64,000 nt of DNA from an uncultured Planctomycetota bacterium. GTDB taxonomy: Bacteria > Planctomycetota > Planctomycetia > Isosphaerales > Isosphaeraceae. The stretch covers positions 2,720,001-2,784,000 of the forward strand of contig CAWGMQ010000004.1 in the NCBI GenBank assembly GCA_963823665.1, read 5' to 3'. Positions within the stretch are counted from its first letter, which is position 1; the number at the start of each line of letters is the position of its first letter. The position numbers were made by a program, and so were the translations under genes. Below the pieces are notes generated by a model. That model saw only the letters and a list, made by a program, of their open reading frames with translations, was not told where the DNA came from and ran no database searches. Positions 42,597 to 52,220 of the stretch are shown piece after piece.

Positions 42597-44383
42597 TAGG
42601 ATTTTCGCAAGCGCTCCCGCCCGTAAACAAGTCCACCGGGTGATCTCGGTGAAATCCGGAAAACGAGATAAGTGCGGTCGTCGCGGACGGACGGTCCGCG
42701 GGCGATGATCTCGACGTGGCCAAGCCGCTCTAGCCCGGGCAAATCGCGCTCCCGGCCCACAACCACAAACACTGAGGGATCATGGCTCTGGCCACGAGCC
42801 GAATCGGCCGATTGTAGATTCGAGCGTGCACCACGCCACCTGATGTGGCTGCAGTCCCGTAGTGAGGCGGCACCCTGGTGCCAGCAGACGGGCCGGCCCA
42901 GGTAGAAGAGTCGAACGGCCAGGTCGTGGGGAACGGCGCCGAACGGGCACTCGTAAGGCAGCCGGTCCCAGTCATCGTAGAGTAAGGTGAGCGACGCGGT
43001 GGATGGGATCGCCCGGCCGATCGACTCGTAGAAGCCCCATTCGATTCCGCGGCGGTGGAAGCGTGGCGCAATCAGCCACAGGCACGTGCCGTACGCGACA
43101 GCAATCGTGACGAACCCACTCCAGGCTGCGGTGCGCAGCCGCGACCGATTCCAGCCGCGGCGCCTCAGCCATTCCCCAATGTCCGAGAGCGCCATCCCGG
43201 CCCAGATGGACCAGGGCACCTGGGCCGCAATCGCGTAATGAGCGTTTTTCACCGACGGTAGGGCAAGGAGTGCCAGCGGGGCTGCGGTCCACACCCAGAG
43301 CAGGCGATCACCGAGCCTGACCGCCGGCGGAACCTCGAAATGGATCGACTGCTCACCATGGCGCCGGCCGACACGCGCGAGATCGAGTGCGCGGCCGAGC
43401 GATCGGTATGAGCCGGCAAGGGCGAGGGGTGTCCACGGAAGCGCCTGTGCCAAGATCGAAGGAATGTACTCCCACCAGGGTTCACCGGCAAAGGGGCCGG
43501 CACCGATCGGCCCATTCAGGCGGTCGGCGACGTGCATGCTCCAGAGCGCAAGCGCACCGCCGCCGTGGCGTGCGATCATGAGCAGCGGCCAGGCCAGAGC
43601 CAGGGAAATGGCCAGGAACCACCCGGCGGGAAAGAAAAGCCTGCGAAGTGTGAGGCCGTCGCGTTGCCAGAGTAGCATCGCGGCGACGATTGGCATCACA
43701 ATCGCCGCGCCGAAGCCAATGCCCTTCACGAGGGCCGTGGCCCCCAGCAGGCCGAAGAACATCCACCGGGCGAGCCGCCAACGCTGACCGGCGTGCTCGT
43801 GCTCCGCGCTGGTGGTCGTGGTCGCCGCGGCTGCGAGCAGCTTGTCGAACGCGACGAGCGACCAGGTGATCATGCACGCAAGGAGGACGTCGGCCTCGGC
43901 CAGCCGGCCGCGGAACACTGTCCACGCGGTTGTGGCCTGGATGGCGCCCGAGAGCATGGCGATCGTCGGACCGAAGTGCCGCGTGGCGAGCACGGCGACG
44001 CCCAGTGTCAAAGCGATTGCCGCCAGGGCCGAGGGAAGTCGGGCCACTGCCTCATTCACGCCGCCTGAAAGTCGTCCCACCGCTGCGGCGAGCCACCAGG
44101 GCAAGGGAGGTTTCTCGAGCCACGGCAGACCCCCGATTGTGGGGTAGGTCCACTCGCCGGAATGGAGAATCTCTCTCGCTCCTTGTGCAACGAACGCCTC
44201 ATGATAGGTCAATCGGGCCGATCGCCCCAGACCCGGAAACAAGGTCAGGGCGGCCAAACCTATCAAGCAGGCGAGATGCAAAGGGCTGGGAGCCTGGGCG
44301 CGTAGTGCGACCGATGGTCGTCGGTCCGAGACCGTGCGCAAGAGCGCGCTTCCTTTGTGAGACGTGAAGGGGCCGGTCGACAT
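42593..44383 (-). CDS. ArnT/PMT-family (GT83/GT39-like) glycosyltransferase
   Basis: HEAFVAQGAREI, WLEKPPLPWW, ARLPSA, LVKG and PWT motifs. Confidence 0.88.
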   Translation of the reverse strand: MSTGPFTSHKGSALLRTVSDRRPSVALRAQAPSPLHLACLIGLAALTLFPGLGRSARLTYHEAFVAQGAREILHSGEWTYPTIGGLPWLEKPPLPWWLAAAVGRLSGGVNEAVARLPSALAAIALTLGVAVLATRHFGPTIAMLSGAIQATTAWTVFRGRLAEADVLLACMITWSLVAFDKLLAAAATTTTSAEHEHAGQRWRLARWMFFGLLGATALVKGIGFGAAIVMPIVAAMLLWQRDGLTLRRLFFPAGWFLAISLALAWPLLMIARHGGGALALWSMHVADRLNGPIGAGPFAGEPWWEYIPSILAQALPWTPLALAGSYRSLGRALDLARVGRRHGEQSIHFEVPPAVRLGDRLLWVWTAAPLALLALPSVKNAHYAIAAQVPWSIWAGMALSDIGEWLRRRGWNRSRLRTAAWSGFVTIAVAYGTCLWLIAPRFHRRGIEWGFYESIGRAIPSTASLTLLYDDWDRLPYECPFGAVPHDLAVRLFYLGRPVCWHQGAASLRDCSHIRWRGARSNLQSADSARGQSHDPSVFVVVGRERDLPGLERLGHVEIIARGPSVRDDRTYLVFRISPRSPGGLVYGRERLRKSY

Positions 44384-44456
44384 CCTGTCTTGCGGCGCAC
44401 GGGATCATCCAGAAAGCGACCGCAAGTGTCAATGCGAAGCCGCAACTATGGCGAGC

Positions 44457-45176
44457 TCACTTCCGGGGTGTCGGCTTATCGTCGCCTTCGTCGGTCCACT
44501 GGCGGCCGACCTGGTCGATGGAACGCGGCAGTGAAACCTTGGGGACTTCGTATCCAATCGACTGGCATCGCTTCTCGCGGATCGCTGCGCTGTTGACCTT
44601 GAACTCCTTGTCGCGCGCGGCGATCACGTCATCGGCGAGCTGACCGTCACCGGTGACTGCCCACATCAAGAGCGGTTCGCCCATGGGCACCGGAGTGCTC
44701 GGGTCGGGCCAGGTGTGCCAGGTCTTTCCCCAAGTGGTGAGCAATGCCTTCATGAAGGCATCTTCTCCCTCTGGCTTCATGGTGGGCGCAATCAGTCCGC
44801 CGGCGAGCACCTCATAGGTGTGCGGGTGCCAGTATTTCTTCTCCGTTTCGGGCAGCTCGCGATAAATTCGGTCGGAAACGATGTATTCGACCCCGATCAA
44901 TCTGGCGTTCTTCTCATAAGAATCGTAAAGCAAGCACTGATGCATCTCGTCGGATCGGGACATGCAGTAGTGCTGCGTGATTAGCTGGAATTTCGGGTTA
45001 TTTTTGGCAATGTGAATGCCGCAGAAGTGCAGGTGAAGTGCCTGCGCCGGGGCCATCATACCCCGGTCGGCATTTTCCTTGTCGCTGCCTGCGTGTCCAT
45101 CGGACCCGCGTGCCTCGCCGCCCAAGGAAACGCCGATTCCTGAACCTACGATTCCAAGCCAGTGCCGCCGATCCAT
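44457..45176 (-). CDS. DUF1264 / oil-body-associated-protein (OBAP) family protein with Tat-like signal
   Basis: HYC...HQCLLYD...ARLIGVEYIVS, WHPHTYEV and GKTWHTW motifs; N-terminal MDRRHWLG. Confidence 0.88.
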   Translation of the reverse strand: MDRRHWLGIVGSGIGVSLGGEARGSDGHAGSDKENADRGMMAPAQALHLHFCGIHIAKNNPKFQLITQHYCMSRSDEMHQCLLYDSYEKNARLIGVEYIVSDRIYRELPETEKKYWHPHTYEVLAGGLIAPTMKPEGEDAFMKALLTTWGKTWHTWPDPSTPVPMGEPLLMWAVTGDGQLADDVIAARDKEFKVNSAAIREKRCQSIGYEVPKVSLPRSIDQVGRQWTDEGDDKPTPRK

Positions 45177-45336
45177 CGTTTATGTCCTCGCAATCGATAA
45201 AGGATAGGCCTCTCATCTATGCCCGTGTGGGCAGGCACAGGCCGTGTGCCGGACGTCCCTCGCCATTGATGAAGACACGGGCTCGAATCTACACTGAGGT
45301 TGGGTGGGAAGTCGATACTGGGCCGAGGGCACATTG

Positions 45337-46309
45337 ATGCGCACCGATTGCACGGCTGCTGGTGGTCGCAGAAATCAGCGGTCGCCGCGAACGCTTATCA
45401 TTGCGACGCTGTCAACGACGCTCGTGTGCGGGTGTAACGCAGAAGAGGCCGCCCACTATGCCAGCTATAGCCGCACAAAACTCGGGGATGCGCCCGCCGC
45501 GGGGAAGTCGGAACCAGCGCCCACTACGCGCACCAGCCCAGAAGGCCGGCGAGGGTTCCACTGCGCCTCGCAAGACCGAGCGGAAGATCATCTACGACGC
45601 TCGCATCGAGCTGGTGGTCGACAGCCTTTCTGCTACGGAGCAGGCGATTTTGAAGATCATCAAGGAGAACGATGGTTTTCTTGCCGAGTCGGACCAGACC
45701 AGCGCCCAGCAAAACCAGCGGCACGCGACGTGGCGGGTGCGCGTGCCGGTGGCGAATTTTGACGCGTTCGTGGGGGCCGCGGTCAAGCTCGGGGAGGTGC
45801 AGCGGAATCATGTGGGATCGCAGGATGTCACCGAAGAGTACCTTGACCTGGACGCCCGGATCCGCAACAAGCGCGAGGAAGAGAAACGCTTGCTCAAGCA
45901 CCTGGCGGATTCGACGGGCAAGCTGGACGACATATTGGCTGTGGAGCGCGAGCTGAGCCGGGTGCGCGGAGAGGCCGAGCAAATGGAAGGCCGGCTTCGG
46001 TTTCTCGCCGACCGGGCCGATCTTTCGACCGTCACGATCGAGGCCAATGAATGGAAGGACTACAAGCCGTCGGTTGCCGCGTCGTTTGGAACGCAGATCA
46101 GCCGCACGTTCTTCAACTCCGTCGAGCGGCTCGTCGAGTTCGGCAAGGGATTCTCGATTGTGGTTGTTGCGCTCTTGCCCTGGATACCGCTGATGCTGAT
46201 CGGATTGGTGCTGGCGAGGTGGCTTATTCGTTACGCGAATAGGTCTGCGCGGCGCACAGCGGGGCGCACCGAACTCCTTCTCTCGCCTCAACCGGAGGCG
46301 AGGGGCTGA
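45337..46309 (+). CDS. DUF4349 domain lipoprotein; frameshift(s) in the N-terminal region (~45440)
   Basis: RKIIYDARIELVV, RVPV..FD.F, QDVTEEYLDLDARI and VERELSRVRGE.EQMEG motifs, plus a C-terminal TM. The lipobox TLVCGC lies in another frame. Confidence 0.85.
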
Positions 46310-46326
46310 ATGGGCTTTTGAGCGGG

Positions 46327-46356
46327 CGGCACACGGAGTGTGCCTGCTACACCGGA
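46327..46356 (-). repeat. GTAG-type REP element family A, copy 1
   Basis: Minus strand reads GTAGCA-GGCACAC-TCC-GTGTGCC; 29 of 30 nt identical to 56043-56072. Confidence 0.85.
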
Positions 46357-46611
46357 GCAATGGCACAGCCAGTGCCACACGTGCGTCGCACGCATGCCGG
46401 ACTTTGACGGTCGCTTCGATTCGCACGATTTTATCAATTCATGAAAGCACAAAGTTGGCGGCGGGAGTTGCGACGGGGCAATTCCGCCGTACATTCTTAT
46501 TAAAGCAGTTTGTGCCGGCTCGACGCGCGGCGGCCGCGTTCGGGGACAAGGGTGACGTGGGAGCAAGGAATTCAGGGAAAACGAGCTTTCCGGAAACGAA
46601 GGGAGTGAAAT

Positions 46612-48345
46612 ATGACCACTTCAGCACAAATCAGACGCAATCAGCAGAATGCCAAACATAGCACTGGTCCTCGGACGATTGAGGGGAAGAGTCGTTCGAA
46701 ATACAACGCCGTGAAGCATGCTTGTACCGCGAAGCTCGTATTGCTGCCGGCGGAGCAGCCTACGGAGTTCAACAAGCGGACAATAGCGTTTTTTGAGCAT
46801 TTCATGCCGCAGAATCCGTACGAGGTGGTTCTGACGGAGGACGCGGTTTATTGCTCATGGCAGCTCCAGCGGTGTCGCGAGGCGGCGTGGTCGCGGATGC
46901 ATCAGAAGGCTGTCATGGGCGATGCCGACGAACTGCAACGGCTGGAGAACGAGGTGACCGAGCTGTCGGGGGAGCTGTTCCGCGCACCGAACGGGAGGCC
47001 GACCGCGCTGCCGCAGTCTGAACTGCCGGATGCGGAAGCGGGCAAAGCGAGCAAAGGGAAGTACGTCGCCGCGGGGGACGAGCGCCCGGGACGCGTGCTC
47101 CGGGGGCTTGAGTCGAACGAGTTCGGCGTCAGTTGGCTGCTCATCGAGTGGAATGCGCTGCTTGCGCCGATTGAGCGGGGCGAGGGATGGAACGCGTCGG
47201 AGCGATTTCGCGCCACGCGGCTGCTGGGGATTCATCCCATGGACGCCTATTTGAATGACGATCTCACGTCGATGCTCCAGGCGTGCCAGACGCTCGACCC
47301 GACGGCGGGATGCCTGGTCAGCGAGGTGTGGAACGGCGTTGTGTCAGCGAATGACCTGCCGGCGCTTGAAAACCAATATCAGCGGCTGGTCGAGCAGAGG
47401 CCCACGATGGACCGGGACGCGGCGCGGGAGCATTTGATCGGGATGGTTCGCCTGGAGGTCGAGCGACTCGAAGGAAAGGCACGCGAGCATCAGATGCGGG
47501 CCGAGCTCAAGGCCGAGCTGGGGCACGATCTCGCCAAGTTCGATCTGAGCCACGAGGGGCTGCTCATGTTGCGGTACGAATTTGCATGGCGCCGGTTGAT
47601 GGACAGGAAGACGAAGGAGCTGGAGAAACTGAACGAGGAACGATCGAAGAAAGGCTGGGGACGCAGCAACACCTATCTTCGGCCGTCGGCGGGTTGGCTG
47701 CAAACAGATGATCATGATCTTCAGGATGATGATCATGATCATGAACAAGACGTTTGCGCCGGTTTGAACGGTGGTGACGAGGCTACGGCTGGTGTGGATA
47801 CGGATGAGCAATCGCCGGCGGTTGTACCGCGGCGCCATGAGGCTGCTGGGCTGGGTCTTGCGGTTTTGCGAAACGAACCCAAGGACGTAAATCATGCGAC
47901 TGGAGGGACAACGGATGATACGGGGGGCTCGTTGCGAAACGAACCCAAGGACGTAAGTCGCGCGGTTGAAGGGACAACGGATGATGCGGGGGGCTCGTTG
48001 CGAAACGAACCCAAGGACGTAAATGGTGCGATAGAAGGGACAACGGAAGATGCGAGGGGCTCGTTCCGAAACGAACCCACCGTGGTTTCCGAGGCTGTTG
48101 CGGTCGGTCGCGGCGACGGCGACGACAAAGACGAATTGGTGCGAAACGAACGCGGGGTGGTGCGGTCTGTGCGGTTTGATAAGGGCGTGATCGGGGCGAT
48201 GCGTGATTCGCAGCAGCTCTTGCGACCGGGGATTGGTCTGCGGGACGCCGTTCGACTCGGAAATCGAGATGGCGGGGACGGCGGAGGGTCGCGGCGTGAG
48301 CGGAGGCTCAGGAAGAAGGAGGAGGCGCGGGCAGGGGCGAGATGA
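46612..48345 (+). CDS. uncharacterised N..NA..STGP.T..GK family protein with C-terminal RNEP repeats
   Basis: QIRRNQQNAKHSTGPRTIEGKSRSKYNAVKH N-terminus; GGAG RBS; Asp/His-rich linker; 22-aa repeats. Confidence 0.85.
   Translation: MTTSAQIRRNQQNAKHSTGPRTIEGKSRSKYNAVKHACTAKLVLLPAEQPTEFNKRTIAFFEHFMPQNPYEVVLTEDAVYCSWQLQRCREAAWSRMHQKAVMGDADELQRLENEVTELSGELFRAPNGRPTALPQSELPDAEAGKASKGKYVAAGDERPGRVLRGLESNEFGVSWLLIEWNALLAPIERGEGWNASERFRATRLLGIHPMDAYLNDDLTSMLQACQTLDPTAGCLVSEVWNGVVSANDLPALENQYQRLVEQRPTMDRDAAREHLIGMVRLEVERLEGKAREHQMRAELKAELGHDLAKFDLSHEGLLMLRYEFAWRRLMDRKTKELEKLNEERSKKGWGRSNTYLRPSAGWLQTDDHDLQDDDHDHEQDVCAGLNGGDEATAGVDTDEQSPAVVPRRHEAAGLGLAVLRNEPKDVNHATGGTTDDTGGSLRNEPKDVSRAVEGTTDDAGGSLRNEPKDVNGAIEGTTEDARGSFRNEPTVVSEAVAVGRGDGDDKDELVRNERGVVRSVRFDKGVIGAMRDSQQLLRPGIGLRDAVRLGNRDGGDGGGSRRERRLRKKEEARAGAR
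47866..48151 (+). repeat. 66-bp coding tandem repeat with core TTGCGAAACGAACCC
   Basis: Cores at 47866, 47932, 47998 and 48064, plus an out-of-register partial core at 48139. Confidence 0.92.
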
Positions 48346-48350
48346 GCGTT

Positions 48351-48388
48351 TGTCAGTTGTCAGTTGCCAGTTGCCAGTTGTCAGTTGT
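48351..48388. repeat. heptamer short tandem repeat (CAGTTGT/CAGTTGC)x5
   Basis: TGTCAGTTGTCAGTTGCCAGTTGCCAGTTGTCAGTTGT directly after the stop codon. Confidence 0.9.
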
Positions 48389-48978
48389 TTGTTGGGTCTT
48401 TGACAATTTGAATGAATGGTGAAAGCGCCGACTTGAGTGGCGGCCGTGAACGGCTGGGGGTTCGCGGCGCGCCACTCGGCGCTGGTGGGCTTTCGGTCTC
48501 AATTCAAGGGTGCGTCGGCACGCCTGCGATCGACTCGGTTTTGGCTTCCTTGAAGTCAGGGAGCACGAAATCAGCAGGGGCGGGTGGGAATGCAGTGCTC
48601 GGGACTGACACCGTGCACCACTCAGCGATTCCGGAACGCGACAAAACGAATGTCTCCTCGGTAGGCCCGTTCGAATCGGTGCGAGTTCGACCCGTGATTT
48701 CATAAGTCATTGAACAGAAGGTAACGAAGGCAACAAAGAAGAAGGGGATTCTGGTCCCGATCTTGGGCGCCTGGCGTCGAATCCTCTTCTTCGCCGCCCG
48801 GGTGCGAGGGAGAAGAAACTCTCTCGCTTCGAAACCTGGATAAGCGCTTTGACTGGCCAAGTTCAACTTCTCACCGGGCCAGCCTCGCACTCCCGAAATC
48901 GCGAAATGCCGTTTCGTTGGTTTCTCTGCGCCGATCTGTAAGTCCTCGTTTGCACGAGCGGTTTGGCCAGCACGGCGC

Positions 48979-49260
48979 TCATGGCATGATCGGTTTGGCG
49001 ACGGCGGTGTTCAGATCGAGTGTGCTTCCCAGGTACCTTGCGAGGATGACAACAAACCGGCGCTCGTCGTTCTGATATTTATCGCCGGAGCGCATTAATT
49101 CGGTGAGCGAGGCTCTCCCTTCTGGTGCGCCGGGGGCTGCTTCGGCGAGGTACGCTTGCTCGGCGGCATCGCAACGCTTGGCGGCATCGGCGAGAATTCC
49201 ATGCTCCATTCTTGAAAGCTCGCCGAGCGACAGCTCGCAATCCAGATAGATTCGCTCCAC
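48979..49260 (-). CDS. small hypothetical protein
   Basis: 93-aa ORF with helical, protein-like composition, co-oriented with the his cluster. Confidence 0.5.
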   Translation of the reverse strand: MERIYLDCELSLGELSRMEHGILADAAKRCDAAEQAYLAEAAPGAPEGRASLTELMRSGDKYQNDERRFVVILARYLGSTLDLNTAVAKPIMP

Positions 49261-49371
49261 GTCATCGCAATCCGTCTTCTACTGCCCGGCCGCCCGGGGT
49301 TGCTCACAAGTTTTACCAGAATTCGTCCGATGCCGGCCGAGACAGCACAAGCCACAGCCTGATCGCCGCCG

Positions 49372-49815
49372 TCACTCCGGAGGCATCTCCTCTTCCTGCG
49401 GCATCTCCTCTTCCTGCGGCTCTTCCTCGAGCAGCCAGAGTGGATGGCGGGCGATTTCTACGTCTTCGGAGACCAGGAGCAAATCGTATCGTCCGGGGGC
49501 CGAGACACGAATTTTCAGATCGCGGAATGCGAAGCGGTGAGGCATCAGGGGGTCGTCGTGCTTGACGGGCGGGTCGGCGCGCACTGCCCAGAGAAGATCG
49601 CCCTGTGAATCTTCGAGGCGCAGCTCGAGCCGGTACTTGCCATGGAGCTCGGTCAGGTGTGCGTAAACCGCAAATTTGATCGACCCGGGAAATGCAGCGA
49701 GGCGGAATGCGCTGCGAGGCGCGAAGAGAAGGTATTCGCCGGAATGGTGGTCCTCGAAGATCTCGCGACAGACCACAAACGCCTGGACGTAGGGCTCCGG
49801 GGGTAGCTTCTTCAT
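49372..49815 (-). CDS. hypothetical protein (DUF6941-like) with 18-bp C-terminal repeat
   Basis: P.VQAFVVC.EIFED..SG...L N-terminus and PGRYD.LL motif; GGCATCTCCTCTTCCTGC x2 at 49382-49417 (PQEEEM). Confidence 0.65.
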   Translation of the reverse strand: MKKLPPEPYVQAFVVCREIFEDHHSGEYLLFAPRSAFRLAAFPGSIKFAVYAHLTELHGKYRLELRLEDSQGDLLWAVRADPPVKHDDPLMPHRFAFRDLKIRVSAPGRYDLLLVSEDVEIARHPLWLLEEEPQEEEMPQEEEMPPE

Positions 49816-49847
49816 GATGTGCCGCCAGTCTTGCGCGAAAACCCCGA

Positions 49848-50921
49848 TCACGAGTGGCCGTCCACTCTGCCGCCGGTGGGGTCGGTTCCGGCGAGTCTGA
49901 GGAGCCGGGCGGCCAGGTTATTGTAAGTTGACGGACTGTCGCGGTCGAATACAACTCGCGGCGACAGCCCCACGACGCGGCCGGCGCCGAGTCGCAGCAG
50001 AGCGCGGCGGCAGGCCGTGAGCTTGCCGGACGGCAGTAATGCCGTTACCCGCCAGCCGGGGTTGCCTCGGTCGTCCCAGATCTCGCCGCGGGCGATGTGC
50101 GAGGCACCCTGGTCGCGCAGATGGTCGGCAACCAGGGCGGCACGTTCGCGGCCGCCGGTCTCGGCTCCGCCAACAACTTCGACGTGCAGCCACCCCTCCG
50201 CGCCCCGAACACCGTCGATTGAATCGAGCAGAAGTGCGAGGGCTCCGGTTTCGCTCTCGCTGGCCAGCGCGGCCAGGCCCGGCGCGTGGCCGATCAAGCA
50301 GGCGGCGGAGACCAGAACGGTGCCGTCCTCGATTTCGCGAAGGCGATTGTCCTTGAGCGTGATCCCGGAGCTTGCCAGGTCGACGATCACGTCGGCGATT
50401 CCCAGGCTCGGATGCAGCTCCAGAGCGCCTTCGGAATTTACCAACTGGTAGTAATAGATCCCATGCCGGCGAAAGTACTGGCGCACGAGCGCAGGGTACT
50501 TGGTTGAAACACGGAACGTGCGGCCGGATGCTTTGAACTCGGTGGTGAGGTCGATCAAGTCCATGATGTGGCTGACGTCGATCCAGCTCTCGGGGACGGC
50601 CACGGCCAGCCGGCAGCCACCGAAGCCAAGGTCGGGAATCACGACCTGAGCCTTGTCGGCCTCGAGCGCGTGCTCGGCGAAGACGTCGTAGCCCGTCACA
50701 CCAAGCTGGCACCGCCCTTCTTGCACCTGGACGACGATATCGGAAGGCCTCATGAAAACGACATGGAAGCGGCTGTGGCCCACGATTGTCGCTTCATACT
50801 GGCGGTCACTGGCCCGGCGCACGCGGTATCCGGCAGTCTTGAGCAGCTCGATCGTCCCGTCGTAGAGGTTTCCCTTGGACGGAAGCGCCAGCCGGATGGT
50901 GTCGATCGCGCCGGTGTTCAT
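49848..50921 (-). CDS. hisG: ATP phosphoribosyltransferase
   Basis: RLALPSKG, LGVTGYD, DLGFGGCRLAVAVP, STKYP, GALE.HP..GIADVIVDL.SSG.TL..N.L motifs. Confidence 0.95.
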   Translation of the reverse strand: MNTGAIDTIRLALPSKGNLYDGTIELLKTAGYRVRRASDRQYEATIVGHSRFHVVFMRPSDIVVQVQEGRCQLGVTGYDVFAEHALEADKAQVVIPDLGFGGCRLAVAVPESWIDVSHIMDLIDLTTEFKASGRTFRVSTKYPALVRQYFRRHGIYYYQLVNSEGALELHPSLGIADVIVDLASSGITLKDNRLREIEDGTVLVSAACLIGHAPGLAALASESETGALALLLDSIDGVRGAEGWLHVEVVGGAETGGRERAALVADHLRDQGASHIARGEIWDDRGNPGWRVTALLPSGKLTACRRALLRLGAGRVVGLSPRVVFDRDSPSTYNNLAARLLRLAGTDPTGGRVDGHS

Positions 50922-50955
50922 TTGCGGAGGATTCTTGTTGAGAACCAGAATTCGA

Positions 50956-52220
50956 TCAAGGGGCAGCCGCGCCGGGCGGCCGCGCCGCGCAGGCCTCGGC
51001 AAGACGCTCGAGCCCGAATGCAAAGCCGGCCCCGCGGTCGTCGCGGCTGCTGCCGAGCACGTGGGCCAGCCCGTCGTACCGGCCACCACCGCAGACTTCG
51101 AGCGAGCCCGAAGGGGCACTGACCTCGAGCCCGAAGATCATCTGGGTATAGAAGCCGATGCCCCGGCTGAATCCGAGGTCGAGCTCGACGCGTGCCTCGA
51201 GGACGCCACGCCGGGCGAGCTCTGCGACCAGCTCGCCTAGCGCGGCGACCGAAACCGGGGCGAGTGCGGCGAACTTCTCATTGAGCCGGACCATGACTTC
51301 CCAGGCCGGCCCGTGCAGCCCGGCCAGAACATGAAACTGGTCGCGTACTCGCCCCAGAATGTCAGACAGCGAGTGGCTCAAATTCCACTTCCGGCGCAGG
51401 CGGTGGATGATCTCGTGACCCGAGCGCCGGCCGGTGACATGGGGCACGAGCTGGCGGAACAAGCGATCCACGCCCCGATCGTCGGCCGTGCTCACGGCCG
51501 GCACGATCAGATCGGCCTCACCTCCGGACCGGAGCCAGCCCACCAGGCGGTCGAGCACGGCGTCCAAGGCCTGGATCCCCTGGTCCTCGGCGGCCGCGGC
51601 GCTCATCATCTCGACCAGCGCCGAGCTTGCCTCGGGCGGCAGCCCGGCGTGCGCCATGATCTCCAGAATCAACCCGACATGGCCGATCCGGACGGTTCGC
51701 ATCTCGACCCGAAACTGCTGCGAGCGACCGGTCGGCGAGAGCGATCACCTCGGCGTCGGCAGCAGGGCCGCCGGCGCCCAGCAGCTCGACTCCGACCTGG
51801 TTGAACTCGCGCAGCCGGTTCGAGCCTGTCTCGCCTTCGTAGCGAAAGACGGGCCCGGAGCTGCTGACCCGCCAGGGCAGGGGGGGGCACTCGCGCGCCT
51901 GGGTAAAGGCGCGGACGATGCTTGCCGTCAGCTCGGGTCGGAGGCAAACTCCCGACGGGCCCCCCGAATCGAGCTCGAAGAGCTTGGAGACGATACCCGC
52001 GCCGCTCTTGCGCTCGTGCAGCTCGGTGAATTCGAGGATCGGCGTGCGTATCATCTCGTATCCGGCATGCGGCGAAGCTCTCAAGAAGCCGCCGCTCGAG
52101 CTCGCCGTACCGTGCGCAGTCCGGCGGCAGCCAGTCGCGTGTGCCGCGAACCAGCTCGATGGCCCGTTCGAGCGCCGGGTCGTCCTCTACCCGCCGAAGT
52201 CCGGCGGCCGGTGCGGTCAT
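50956..52220 (-). CDS. hisZ: ATP phosphoribosyltransferase regulatory subunit; frameshifts at ~52068 and ~51712
   Basis: HisRS-like (RGTRDWLP, TPILE, LRPELTAS, VFRYE, REFNQVGVELLG, GGGRYD.L, GFAFGLERL) with no anticodon domain; sits between hisS and hisG. Confidence 0.88.

Noticed and set aside
47866..48151. 66-bp periodic repeats as a CRISPR array
   Set aside because: The intervening segments are homologous to each other, the array is in frame inside a CDS, and there are no cas genes.
48400..48900. ORFs 48353-48703, 48412-48705 and 48504-48890
   Set aside because: They overlap each other on both strands, two of them run through short tandem repeats, and none shows a recognisable domain.
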